From Octopus vulgaris (Eukaryota), in contig OX597840.1 of the NCBI GenBank assembly GCA_951406725.2, positions 26,970,001 through 27,034,000 on the forward strand: 64,000 nucleotides of DNA, in the 5' to 3' direction. Positions within the stretch are counted from its first letter, which is position 1. Each line of letters starts with the position of its first letter. Below, in pieces: positions 1 to 12,295 of the stretch. The translations under genes and the position numbers were made by a program. Below the pieces are notes generated by a model, which did no database searches, had not been told where the DNA came from, and saw only the letters and a list, made by a program, of their open reading frames with translations.

Positions 1-196
1 CGTACCACAAAGCCAAGACTACATTTATTTTGATTTTACAACTGAAACTTTGCTAAGAAATCTTTCCAGATCTTTATAGAAACATGGTGCCAACTTCAAC
101 GATTCCTGCTAAAATCTATAGAATGTCTTCAGATAATTGCCTGCTATATTTCTCCGGTGTCTATTTTTGATAATGCTATCTACTTGTCTGGGACAT

Positions 197-302
197 TATG
201 GGTCAAAGACAGTTCTTTAAAATTATGCACTTTTACCACAGCATACATGCATCCATACACACACACACATACACACACACACACACACACACATACATCT
301 AT

Positions 303-356
<54 letters not shown>

Positions 357-416
357 GTGTGTATGGATGTATGTATTCTGTGGTAAAGTGCATAAATTTA
401 AAGAACTGTCCTTGAC

Positions 417-421
<5 letters not shown>
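197..421. repeat. Fold-back inverted repeat centred on a (CA)n/(TA)n tract
   Basis: atgggtcaaagacagttctttaaaattatgcacttttaccacag (from 198) is the near reverse complement of ctgtggtaaagtgcataaatttaaagaactgtccttgacccat (ending 420); the spacer is microsatellite. Confidence 0.85.
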
Positions 422-491
<70 letters not shown>

Positions 492-755
492 AATAGATAG
501 ATACATACATATATACATACATATACATACATATGTTTATCCTAATGTTGGGGTCATCGCCGTGTTGCACTTTAGTGTAAATAAACTGCGATGGTGAGCT
601 CCCAAAATGGCCATAGATATATGTGAATGTTGAATCTGACCTGTGAGGTCAGCTTATTATGAACTTTTGGACATATTTGTGTGGAGGGATTAAAAAACGT
701 TTTTCAGGATTTATGTGAATTTGACCTGTAGAAGTCTGTTTACTTATGAACGTTA

Positions 756-913
756 GAGTGGCTGTGTGGTATGTAGCTTGTTTACCAACCACATGGTTCC
801 GGGTTCAGTCCCACTGCGTGGCACCTTCGGCAGGTGTCTTCTACTATAGCCTCGGGCCGACCAAAGCCTTGTGAGTGGATTTGGTAGACGGAAACTGAAA
901 GAAGCCCGTCGTA

Positions 914-946
<33 letters not shown>

Positions 947-1170
947 GCGTGTGTGTGTTTGTGTGTCTGTGTTTGTTCCCCTAGCATTGCTTGACAACCG
1001 ATGCTGGTGTGTTTATGTCCCCGCTACTTAGCGGTTCGGCAAAAGAGACCGATAGAATAAGTACTGGGCTTACAAAAGAATAAGTCCCGGCGGGGTCGAG
1101 CTGCTCGATTAAAGTCGGTGCTCCAGCATGGCCGCAGTCAAAAGATTAAAAAAACAAGTAAAAGAGTAAA
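756..1170 (+). mobile_element. tRNA-derived SINE, family A (head + CORE-like segment + internal microsatellite + LINE-like tail)
   Basis: A-box-like tggctgtgtggt, B-box-like ggttcagtccc, internal (TA)n/(TG)n, tail ggtgctccagcatggccgcagtc; many copies in the window. Confidence 0.9.
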
Positions 1171-1257
1171 AAAAAAAAAAAGAGAAAAGAGTTGGACTTA
1201 CTTGTATGAGGGAAGTAAAAGACTTTTTCAAATAATATTATTATTATTATTATTATT

Positions 1258-1450
1258 AAGGCGGCGAATCGTCAACACGCCGGGCAAAATGCTTAGCGGC
1301 ATTTCGTCTGTCCTCGCATTCTGAATTCTGATTCCGCCGAGGTGGACTTACCCATTTATCATTGACAAAATATGTACCAGTCGAGCACCGGAGTCAATGT
1401 AATTGACTTACACGCTTCCTCGAAATTCCTATCCCTGTACCAACATTTTG
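1258..1450 (+). mobile_element. SINE family B, degenerate
   Basis: aaggcggcg...gcttagcggcatttcgtctg...ttccgccgaggtggact matches intact copies at 30707 and 47689. Confidence 0.75.
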
Positions 1451-1522
1451 AAGCCATTATTATCTCAATGATATTCTATCTATTACATAAATTCTTTCAC
1501 TTCACAAATACATTTATTATTC

Positions 1523-2089
1523 GTGGAGGCGCAATGGCCCAGTGGTTAGGGCAGCGGACTCGCTGTCATAGGATCGCGGTTTCGATTCCCAGACCGGGCG
1601 TTGTGAGTGTTTATTGAGCGAAAACACTTAAAAGCTCCACGAGGCTCCGGCAGGGGATGGTGGTGATCCCTGCTGTACTCTTTCACCACAACTTTCTCTC
1701 ACTCTTACTTCCTGTTTCTGTTGTACCTGTATTTGAAAGGGCCGGCCTTGTCACTCTCTGTGTCACGCTGAATATCCCCCGAGAACTACGTTAAGGGTGC
1801 ACGTGTTTGTGGAGTGCTCAGCCATTTACACGTTAATTTCATGAGCAGGCTGTTCCGATGATTCGGATCAACCGGAACCCTCATCGTCGTATCCGACGGA
1901 GTGCTTCCATTTCAAAGGGCTGGCCTTGTCACTCTCTGTGTCACGCTGAATATCCCCGAGAACTACGTTAAGGGTGCACGTGTTTGTGGAGTGCTCAGCC
2001 ATTTACACGTTAATTTCACGAGCAGGCTGTTCCGATTATTCGGATCAACCGGAACCCTCATCGTCGTAACCGACGGAGTGCTTCCATCC
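1523..2089 (+). mobile_element. SINE family C with duplicated 3' half and 12-bp TSD
   Basis: gtggaggcgcaatggcccagtggttagg head, B-box gtttcgattccc; 1731-1908 repeated at 1909-2086; TSD acatttattatt at 1510-1521 and 2090-2101. Confidence 0.92.
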
Positions 2090-2691
2090 ACATTTATTAT
2101 TACATTGAATCTACGGAAGTCGCCACAGTGTTTATTTTTTCCAAAACAAATATATTGTTATATTGGAACATTTTTACAAAAACAGCATCTAAAATTTCCC
2201 ATTTTAAAAGCCTACTCAATCAAACTGTTGGCTTTATCGCTAATAACAGGTACACAAATAATTTAAATATTTTCGTTCGTCGTATTTATAATGTATCTCG
2301 TATTATTCTTTTAAAGTAATCTTTCCATACTCGCAGAACACTACTCATTATTAATAAAGCGCCTAAAATTCGTATTTGCAAATTGAAAAAATGTCATACG
2401 GACAGTAAATGGTCTGTAAATGGATGACTTCTAATTGGAGATTTTTTATAGCGATATGATTGCTTCATAGCAAGCTGTGACTAGAGCGTGTGTCTGTTTG
2501 TATATGTGTATGAATGAATGTATGTACGTATGGACGTATGTAGACACACACACACACATACATATGTATATGAATGTGTTCCTGCATGCTTCTATGTACA
2601 TATGGTTATATACACTTATATATGTATATTAATACACATACATATATCAGCATATTCTTAAATATATGTATATATATATATATATATATAT

Positions 2692-3191
2692 AAGAATTAA
2701 ACCTTTCTGCGTATTAAACCTCTTCTCCCTAGAGCGAAAGCGGGAGAGATATGCGGTGATATACATCTGGAAAATCCTGGAGGGTCTTGTCCCAAACTTT
2801 GGCATTCAAAGTTACCCCAACCGCAGAACGGGGCACCACTGCATGGTGCCAAAGATTCCAACATCACCGTCAAAATACAGGACCAGATACTGCAACAGCT
2901 TGGGTTTCAGAGGACCACAACTCTTTAATATCCTCCCTAAGTGCCTGAGAGATTACATGGTGTGGATGTGGCTTTCTTTAAAACTAAACTGGATCTGTTC
3001 TTGTCGGGGGTCCCAGATGAACCTACCTCACGACAGGAGACACAGATGCGGGCAGCAGCATCGAACTCCCTTGTTGACCAAGTGCCACGTATCAGAGGTG
3101 GATTCACATATTAGTGTAGCTCATTCAACGGTGGTGCCCCAGCATCGCCGTGGTCTTCGGGCTAAAACATTTTAAAGGATTTTTTTTAAGG
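2692..3191 (+). pseudogene. 5'-truncated LINE (CR1/L2-group) ORF2 C-terminus plus 3' UTR
   Basis: LNLFSLERKRERYAVIYIWKILEGLVPN...SLGFRGPQLFNILPKCLRD, frameshift, then FKTKLDLFLSGVPDEP...SNSLVDQV with stop at 3112-3114; typical post-RT C-terminal motifs of CR1-group ORF2. Confidence 0.85.
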
Positions 3192-3194
3192 TAA

Positions 3195-3516
3195 TAAGAT
3201 AAAATCCAAGGCTGTGTAGATATTAGAGCATTTATAGATAGAGGGTCTTACAGCTGTTCCTAGGATATTTATTAATTATATCAGGGATATAATTAATAAA
3301 TATCCTAGAAACAGCTGTAGAACCTATCTATAAATGCTCTAATATCTACACAGCCTTGGTTTTTACCTTAGAGCATTTATTGATAGAAGGTCTTACAGCT
3401 GTTCCTAGGATATTTATTAATTATATCCCTGATATAATTAATAAATAACCTAGAAACAGCTGTAGAACCTATCTATAAATGCTCTAATATCTTCACAGCC
3501 TTGGTTTTTTATCTTA
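3195..3516. mobile_element. Two tandem palindromic Penelope-like remnants with half-hammerhead (GAAAC-agct-GTA)
   Basis: Palindrome 3195-3370 (loop agg, 3283-3285) and 3369-3516 (loop cct, 3428-3430); cctagaaacagctgta in both right arms. Confidence 0.7.
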
Positions 3517-3744
3517 GTACCCAAAAAATTCTTATATATATAACTCGAAAGCCTACTACGGATCCCCAGCTCCAGCCTGTGCTATGAACTTGGAACCTAA
3601 CGGATGACCAATTATAGCGTTTACACAGCGTACCTATTCGTTTAGATCACCAGTGAACTACACAACTCATATTCTTTATACGTACATACATATATTTACA
3701 CACATATATATGATACATGTGCATTTGTATGTACTTATGTATGT

Positions 3745-3951
3745 ACTTTTATGCGTATATGTATATATGTATGCATGCCTGTATGTATGTATGTATGTAT
3801 GTATGTATGTATGTATGTATGTATGTATGTATGATATATATATATATATGTATGTATGTATGTATGATATATATATATGTATGTATGTATGTATGCATGT
3901 ATGTATGTATGTATGTATGCATGTATGTATGTATGTATCTATGAATGTATG

Positions 3952-3983
<32 letters not shown>

Positions 3984-4462
3984 CATGTATGTATGTATGT
4001 ATGTATGTATGTATGTATGTATGTATGTATGTATGTATGTATGTATGTATGTATCTATGAATGTATGTATATATGTATGTATGTGTTTATGTATGTATGT
4101 ATGTATGAATGTATGTATGTATGTGTGTATGTATGTGTGTGTGTATGTATGTATGTATGTATGTGTGTATGTATGTATGTGTGTGTATGTATGTATGTAT
4201 GTATGTATGTATGTATGTATGTATGCATGTGTGTATGTATGTATGTATGTATGTATGTATGTATGTATGTATGTATTTATGCATGTATGTATGTATTTAT
4301 GAATGTATGTATATATGTATGTATGTATGTGTTTATGTATGTATGTATGTATGAATGTATGTATGTATGTATGTGTGTATGTATGTATGTATGTATGCAT
4401 GTGTGTATGTATGTATGTATGTATGTATGTATGTATGAATGTATGTATGAATGTATGTATGT
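3745..4462. repeat. (ATGT)n microsatellite
   Basis: About 700 bp imperfect tetranucleotide array. Confidence 0.97.
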
Positions 4463-4607
4463 ATTATCGTTGATAAGAATGCGTTTTGTCTTTTATGGCA
4501 GAGAAGAATGTCACCAAAACAGGATGTTGGTAGAAGTTTTTAGATGTCTGTGACAAGACATTCCACTGGATAATAAGAAGACAAAGATCCAAAGATGCTC
4601 AAGTCGG

Positions 4608-5019
4608 AGAAGGAGAGGAAGACGAACGGAAGGAGAGGAAGAAGAAGAAGGAGAAGAAGAAGAAGACGAAGAAGAAGAAGAAGAAGAAGAAGAAGAAGAA
4701 GAAGAAGAAGAAGAAGAAGAAGAAGAAGGTGAAGAAGAAAAAGAAGAAGAAGAAGAAGAAGAAGAAGAAGAAGAAGGAAAAGAACAACAACAACAAGAAA
4801 AAGAGATAAACAAAAACGTGAAGAAGAAGAAGAAGAAGAAGACAGAAGAAGAAGAAGAAGAAGAAGAAGAAGACAAAGAAGAAGAAGAAGAAGAAAGAGA
4901 AGAACAACAACAAGAAACAAAGATAGACAAAAACGTGAAGAAAAAGCAGAAGAAGAAGAAGAAGAAGAAAAGTAGAAGAAGAAGAAGAAGAAGAAAGTAG
5001 AAGAATAATAAGAAGAAAA

Positions 5020-5050
<31 letters not shown>

Positions 5051-5192
5051 AAGAAGAAGAAAAGTAGAAGAAGAAGAAGAAGAAAAGTAGAAGAAGAAGA
5101 AGAAGAAGAAGAAGAAGAAGAAGAAGAAGAAGAAGAAGAAGAAGAAGAAGAAGAAGAAGAAGAAGAAACAGAGATAGATAAAAGACACGTGA
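4608..5192. repeat. (GAA)n compound microsatellite with recurring agatagacaaaaacgtg-like unit
   Basis: GAA runs interrupted near 4800, 4920 and 5170 by related spacers. Confidence 0.95.
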
Positions 5193-5510
5193 GCAGACGC
5201 TTTCAACACAAAGCTGTTTATTCTGTGTCCATTTTGTTTTTAGGTTCTGCTTGCTTTTCTCCAAATATGTTTTCGAAGACAGCCAACAGAAATGGCGGTG
5301 TGATAGCTATTGATTAACCCCAGCCCGACCTCTGTAATCCAGCAGACTGTACGTCAAATGTATTCCAATTCTGGCCATCCTGTCTTTTTTTTTTTTGTTG
5401 TTTCTGTGAAGCTATGATTACATTATGTCGGTTCCAGATTTTTATAAATTCATATTTCCGTCACATGATGACAAGGTAATGGCGACAACGGTTTTCACAA
5501 AATTAGTAGC

Positions 5511-5560
<50 letters not shown>

Positions 5561-5770
5561 GGCAGCAGCAGCCGTCCAAGAATTTGGATCTGGAGATCTC
5601 CATTTCCAGCGACTTCGAGGGCCCACTCCCAGTGGTGTCGGGAGTCAACGAAGAGCCCTCGACTACAGTAAGGCGACCAAAGTTTTTTTTTTTCCCCAAG
5701 GTCTGGGGTCTCCCGCCCCCCTAAGCCCTAGACCATCACCTAATCACCCTTACCCGTCTTGTTGCTTAAC
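5561..5770. other. GC-rich structured insert inside a (GTA)n/(CAA)n microsatellite
   Basis: Nested hairpins tcgagggc/gccctcga, actccc/gggagt, ggtctgggg/ccctagacc and palindrome ggagatctcc. Confidence 0.5.
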
Positions 5771-6129
5771 AACAACAACAGCAGCAACAGCAGTAGTGGT
5801 AGTAGTAGTAGTAGTAGTAGTAGTAGTTGATGTTTTTACGTGTCTTTTATCTATCTCTGTTTCTTCTTTTTCTTCTTCTTCTTCTTCTTCTTCTTCTTCT
5901 TCTTCTTCCACTTCTTCTTCCACTTCTTCTTCTTCCACTTCTTCTTCTTCCCCTTCTTCCTATATCTGCTGAAATTCCGTGCGCTTATGGTCAAATGATT
6001 TTTAGCAACGTCCATTTTGTCTTTCACTCTAATATACTGATTTTCGACTGTTGTATGTGATTTGACACTCCATTCTTAAAGCAACATCGTCAGATCCTTA
6101 CCTACCGTGACCATCAGGTATAAAATAAC

Positions 6130-6752
6130 AAGGGTCATGTGCTTAACATTTGTTTCTGATATAATACCTCCATCATTTTTTTGTAACATGAGAATAGCTC
6201 CATTATCAATGGCGATATGTTGACAGCTCTGTCACATGTAATATAAATTCACCGTTATACTCTAAGGGCAAAATAGCTCTGTTATACCTTGTGACATGAG
6301 AATACCTCCGTCATAGCGCATGACGTGGATATAACTCTGCCATATCTTATGATATGAGAATAGCTGCGTCATTTCTTGTGACATGAGAATAGCCCTGTCG
6401 TATGTTGTGGCATAAAAATAACTCTGCCATATCTTGTTATATGAGAATAGCTGCGTCATTTCTTGTGACATGAGAATAGCCCTGTCGTATGTTGTGGCAT
6501 AAAAATAACTCTGCCATATCTTATGATATGAGAATAGCTGCGTCATTTCTTGTGACATGAGAATAGCCCTGTCGTATGTTGTGGCATAAAAATAACTCTG
6601 CCATATCTTGTTATATGAGAATGCGTCGGTCATATTTTGTGAGATGAGAATACCCCAGTAATAACTTGTGCCATTAGTTCTGTTCTATCTTGTGACATGA
6701 ACATCGCTCCGTCGTAACATGGATACTTCTGTCATATGTTGGACACTTCTGT
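6130..6752. repeat. Minisatellite: 29-bp monomers with an 87-bp higher-order repeat
   Basis: Monomer approximately atagctctgtcatatcttgtgacatgaga; near-identical 87-bp trimer about 3.3 times in 6331-6620. Confidence 0.9.
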
Positions 6753-6769
6753 CATCGTCATCATCGTCG

Positions 6770-6805
<36 letters not shown>

Positions 6806-6817
6806 ACATCGTCGTCG

Positions 6818-6850
<33 letters not shown>

Positions 6851-6910
6851 CTGTCATCATCGTCGTCGTCGTCGTCATCATCATCATCATCATCATCAAC
6901 ATCGTCGTCG

Positions 6911-6943
<33 letters not shown>

Positions 6944-7190
6944 CTGTCATCATCGTCGTCGTCGTCATCATCATCATCATCATCATCATCATCACCGTCG
7001 TCAGCATCATCGCTTTGCGCGCCCACATTGAATTTCTCCAGGTGTTAACGTCGTCATCACATTCGACTTGCTGTATATTCATTGAAAAAATGATGATGAT
7101 GACGACGATGATGATGATGATGATGATGATTGTGGTGGTGGTGGAAGTTGTGGCGGCAGTGGTGGTGGTGGTGGTGGTGATGGTGATGGA
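6752..7190. repeat. (CAT/CGT)n then (GAT/GGT)n microsatellites
   Basis: Direct inspection. Confidence 0.95.
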
Positions 7191-7389
7191 TGTTGTTCGA
7201 CACATCTAGACTATACAAAGACCAATATTTACTGAGTCCAAGAGACGTTTGTTGGTGAATGGAGATTTACTTAAAACTGATCATTTGTCCGTCTGACAAA
7301 ACTTTTGATCTATATAGAATCAATACGCTCTTATATACATGCGTTCGAACACTTTATTTATATATATATATGCGTGTGTGTGTGTATAC

Positions 7390-7480
<91 letters not shown>

Positions 7481-7489
7481 GTATATATA

Positions 7490-7608
7490 TATAAACGCAC
7501 GCACATGCGGACATATGTGTAGATGAGTATGTGTGTGTGTGTGTGTATACATGTATTTATGTATACATATATATATACACAAACACACACGCATATATAT
7601 ATATATAC

Positions 7609-7641
<33 letters not shown>

Positions 7642-7862
7642 ACCGCACGCACATGCGGACATATGTGTAGATGAGTGTGTGTGTGTGCGCGTGTGTGTGC
7701 GCGTGTGTGTGTGTGTATACATGTATATATGTATACATATATGTATACACACACACACACACACATATATATATATGTGTGTGTATGTGTGTGTATATAT
7801 ATATATAAACCGCATGCACATGCGGACATATGTGTAGATGAGTGTCTGTGTGTGTGTGTGTG
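7490..7862. repeat. Tandem triplication of a microsatellite-rich unit of about 150-170 bp
   Basis: cgcacgcacatgcggacatatgtgtagatgagt (third copy with one substitution) at about 7496, 7644 and 7811. Confidence 0.85.
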
Positions 7863-7999
7863 TGTTGGACACTGAGTTACGTTTGCCATCAAAGTTTCTT
7901 TTCTTTGCATAGGAGTCAAAATAACCAATTTTCGGTCCTTCCATTCATTCGTCTTTTAATGTCAGTCTGTCTGTGATCAAACTCGTTCCATAGATCTAA

Positions 8000-8395
8000 A
8001 TCAAAACTTTTCGTCAACTTGTTTCACTCACATTTTCCCTTAACTTACACCTAAAATACTCTCTTAATGATAACAAAATGATTTTATTAAAGTTTTCATT
8101 ATTTCCAAAATTATTTGAAACAAAATCGGTCTATTTTAAATGAAATACGGTAACAAAATTCTTAGAAATTCTTAAATTCTCAAAAATTCTTAAATTCTTA
8201 AAAATTCTTAAAAATTATTAAATTATTAAAAATTCTTAAATTCTTAAAAATTATTAAATTCTTAAACGAAAATCTCTCGTATAAATTTCCTGTTAATTTA
8301 TGTTCCAAACACCAGATTAATTACGACAAAATTATTTTATTAAATTCTACGTTGTTTTCAAACTTTCTTGAAACTAATGTTTCACTACTTAACCT
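8000..8395. repeat. Two diverged AT-rich copies flanking an (aaaattctta)n array; possible DNA-transposon remnant
   Basis: acaaaatgattttattaaagttttcattatttccaaa versus acaaaattattttattaaattctacgttgttttcaaa; 9-10-bp array at 8155-8265. Confidence 0.4.
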
Positions 8396-8559
8396 GGTTA
8401 AGAACACGTGGCTAGTACTATTATACGGTGGCTTCAAAATATGGTGCGAATAATATATATGAAATCGAACGCTCTTTGGCCAAAGACATACGCCGAAGAA
8501 AGATCATACGTATTTTTTATATTGTGTATTTTGTAACCGTGTGGAAACTGTGTGGAAGC

Positions 8560-8641
<82 letters not shown>

Positions 8642-8757
8642 ATATATACACACACATACACACGACACAACCGTAAGTTTATGGAGGTCAATTGGTTATA
8701 AACAGATATTTTTATCTCTTAAGTCGTCGGATTTTGTTTTTACACATACATACATAA

Positions 8758-8819
<62 letters not shown>

Positions 8820-8880
8820 ATATATTTATATATGTATATATATTCATATATATATTTATATATATGTATGTATATATATT

Positions 8881-8927
<47 letters not shown>

Positions 8928-8929
8928 TA

Positions 8930-9055
8930 TATTATTACCTTATTAACCTCATTAATAACGGTAATAATACATCTCTGTGTGTATATATATATATATACAC
9001 AAAGATGTATTATTACCGTCATTAATGAGGTTAATAAGGCAATAAGGTAATAATA
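8930..9055. repeat. Fold-back inverted repeat centred on (TA)n
   Basis: ccttattaacctcattaataacggtaataatacatct versus agatgtattattaccgtcattaatgaggttaataagg. Confidence 0.85.
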
Positions 9056-9104
9056 AGGTCAAGATGTTACAGGCACAATATAAGCTAAATTTAGAATCAG
9101 TAGG

Positions 9105-9136
<32 letters not shown>

Positions 9137-9845
9137 GCATGCATAGAAATACATGTATGTATATATAAAATTTGTTATATACATGGATGTATTAATATAC
9201 ACATACACACACCAATATATATATACACATATATATATATCTTTGTATATGTGTCTGTGTGTGTCTTTGTTCATCGCTCACCGCCCGACAACCGGTGTTC
9301 GTTCCTTTATGTCCTAGAAACTTAACGGTTCCGCAAACGATAAAAGTTTGTACTGGGGTCGATTTCTTTGTCTAAACCCATCTTCCTTTGATTATTTTTT
9401 TTTTGTATATTTTCACCCTAGGCAACTAAAACCGTAGCGACAAATAATTATAGTTGAGCATTCGTTGAGCACTTTCGTGGAAAGTAGCGCAACGGGATTA
9501 ATAGGAATCCACCATGTTGTATAGTTACGTGTCTTGAAGCAGAATACATATATTTGTGTTTGGGTGTACATGTTATGTGTCTGTTCGCGTGTTAGTGCGG
9601 AAGGTCTTTTCTGCGTGCGTGAGAGAGTGTTCAAAGGAACCTGCTAATCTACAAACGAGATGTGAAATTTCAAATATAACTTGTAGAATAGATATTAGAT
9701 TTATATAAACGAATTTCTTCCATGCTATATATAATACATACTCACACACACACACACACACATACACGCATACACGCACTCATTGGCCATTTCGAAACAT
9801 ATATATGTGAGTGTGTGTGCATGTATGTATATGTATATATGAATG

Positions 9846-9986
<141 letters not shown>

Positions 9987-10120
9987 TACATATGTATGTA
10001 TATATGAATGTATACAGTCATAAATGTATACAGTCATAAATATATATGATAGCTTTCCCAACTGACGATCGCTTTTGCCTGAAACACGAATCGTAACGCA
10101 CTGCGTGTGTGTTCCTGTAT

Positions 10121-10215
<95 letters not shown>

Positions 10216-10419
10216 AGCGTGTATTCGTATGTGTGTGAGTGTATGCGAATATTAAAATCTCTATTTTTCTGATATGTAAGGAGGATACGTGCGAAAAATA
10301 TTTGTTATGAAAAATCCCAAATCTAATTTTGAGAATAACTTTCAAACACAAACCAGTTTTACTTATGAACCTAGAAATGAAGATTCTAGGTTTTGGCGAT
10401 TCCGCTCATAACATTGGTT

Positions 10420-10818
10420 ATGTTGACGATTACGATGATGACGAACACGACGACGACGACGACAACGACGATAGTGATGATGAAGTTGATGATGATGATG
10501 ATCATCATCATTATCATCATTCATCATCGTCACCACCAACGCAAACATTTCTTCTTCTTGCCCTTCCTCTTCATCTTCTTTTCCCTTTCTTCTTCATTTT
10601 TTTCCCTTTCTTCTTCTTCCTCGTCTTCTTTTTCTTTTTCTTTTTCGTCTTCTTCCTCTTCTTCTCCACTTTCTTCTTCTTCTTCCTCTCAATTTCCTTC
10701 ATTCTTCTACCTTTTCCGCCTCCTCCTCCTCTTTCTCTTCTCCACTTCCTTCTCTTTCTCTTCTACATTCTCCATCTCCTCTTCTTAGTATTATTCTTAT
10801 TCTTCTCCATCATTCTAC

Positions 10819-10850
<32 letters not shown>

Positions 10851-10876
10851 CTTCTTCTTCTTCTTCCTCCCTCCTC

Positions 10877-10907
<31 letters not shown>

Positions 10908-11220
10908 TTCTTCTTCTACTTCTTCCTCTTCATCATCATCATGAACATTAATGAATATTATCCCCAATATCAACATGACCACCACCATCATCAGCACTAC
11001 TCCATCACCAACGCCAACATCATCGTCACCGTTATCATTACCATTATCCCCACCGTCTTCATCGCGGCCATCGCCATCATCACCATCATCATCATTATCA
11101 TCATCATCACCATCCTCAACACCACTATGGTCGCGATAACAATGACGTTGACGATGATGATAATGATGATGATGACGATGGTGGTGGTGATGGTGGTAGT
11201 AAGACTGATGGTGGTGGCGT
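10420..11220. repeat. Compound trinucleotide low-complexity region (GAC/GAT, CTT, CAT, GAT)
   Basis: Direct inspection. Confidence 0.93.
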
Positions 11221-11899
11221 TGGGGATAATACAGTTGGACATTTCTAACCTATAAAAAGATGAATATTTATTCAGTCCAAGAGATTTTGTTGCTGAATGG
11301 CGGTTTGCTAAAAACTGATCATTTGTCTGATCTAGCAAAACTTTTGATCTACACACGATGAATACACTTTTATTTGCATATATATATACGTACACATGTT
11401 TGCGTTTGTGTGTGTGAGCGTGTGCGTGTGTGCGTGTGCGTGTGTGTGTATGTGTACGAGTGTATGTGTATGTAAGTGTATTGTATGATCTACACACGAT
11501 GAATACAATTTTATATGCATATATACCTACACGTGTGTGAGTTTGTGCCATGAGAGTGTGTGCGTGTGTGCGTATGCGTGTGTGTGTATGTGTAAGAGTG
11601 TATGTGTATGTGAGTGTGTTATATGTATGCATATCATGTGGATATACATATGTATATATGTGTGTATATGTGTGTATATATGTATATATATATATATGTA
11701 TATAAACATATGTATATATATATATGTATATAAACATATGTGTATATATATATGTATATATACATATGTATATATACATACATTCATAAATACTTACTTG
11801 CGTGTAAATGTATATTAATGTGTATGAGTTCATGTAAGTATATAGATATATACATATACGTATAAGTGTGTGTACATATATGTGTATCTATGTGTGTAC

Positions 11900-11940
<41 letters not shown>

Positions 11941-12032
11941 CGTGTGTGTGTGTGTGTTATCCATTGAAATGAATGGAAACTACAGTCTATTATATATTAT
12001 ATATGAAAATCTATGGCTATATAAATAAATAA

Positions 12033-12094
<62 letters not shown>

Positions 12095-12095
<1 letters not shown>

Positions 12096-12295
12096 GGGGG
12101 AGAGTTCACGAAAAAACAAAAGACGAAGACAGGTGGTGTACAAAACAAACAGATGTATTAGTATAACGCTCAGGAATAGAAAAAGTCTTTTACGTTTCGA
12201 GCCTACGCTCTTCTACAAAAAGGGACACAGAAAAAAACAAGGAGAGAAACAAGGAGAGAAAAAAATGTGTGTAGTGGCTACCGATCTATCATGAC
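12095..12295 (-). mobile_element. Penelope-like 3' remnant in (TA)n with degenerate minimal hammerhead
   Basis: Minus strand cttt-TTGTAGA-a-gagc-gtag-gctc-GAAAC-GTA-aaag at 12222-12187; a related truncated end lies at about 38800-38848. Confidence 0.6.

Noticed and set aside
6331-6620. CRISPR-like periodic array
   Set aside because: Units are contiguous tandem repeats with no unique spacers; eukaryotic context and no cas genes
10329-11255. 308-aa ORF with acidic and hydrophobic runs
   Set aside because: Entirely trinucleotide low-complexity sequence
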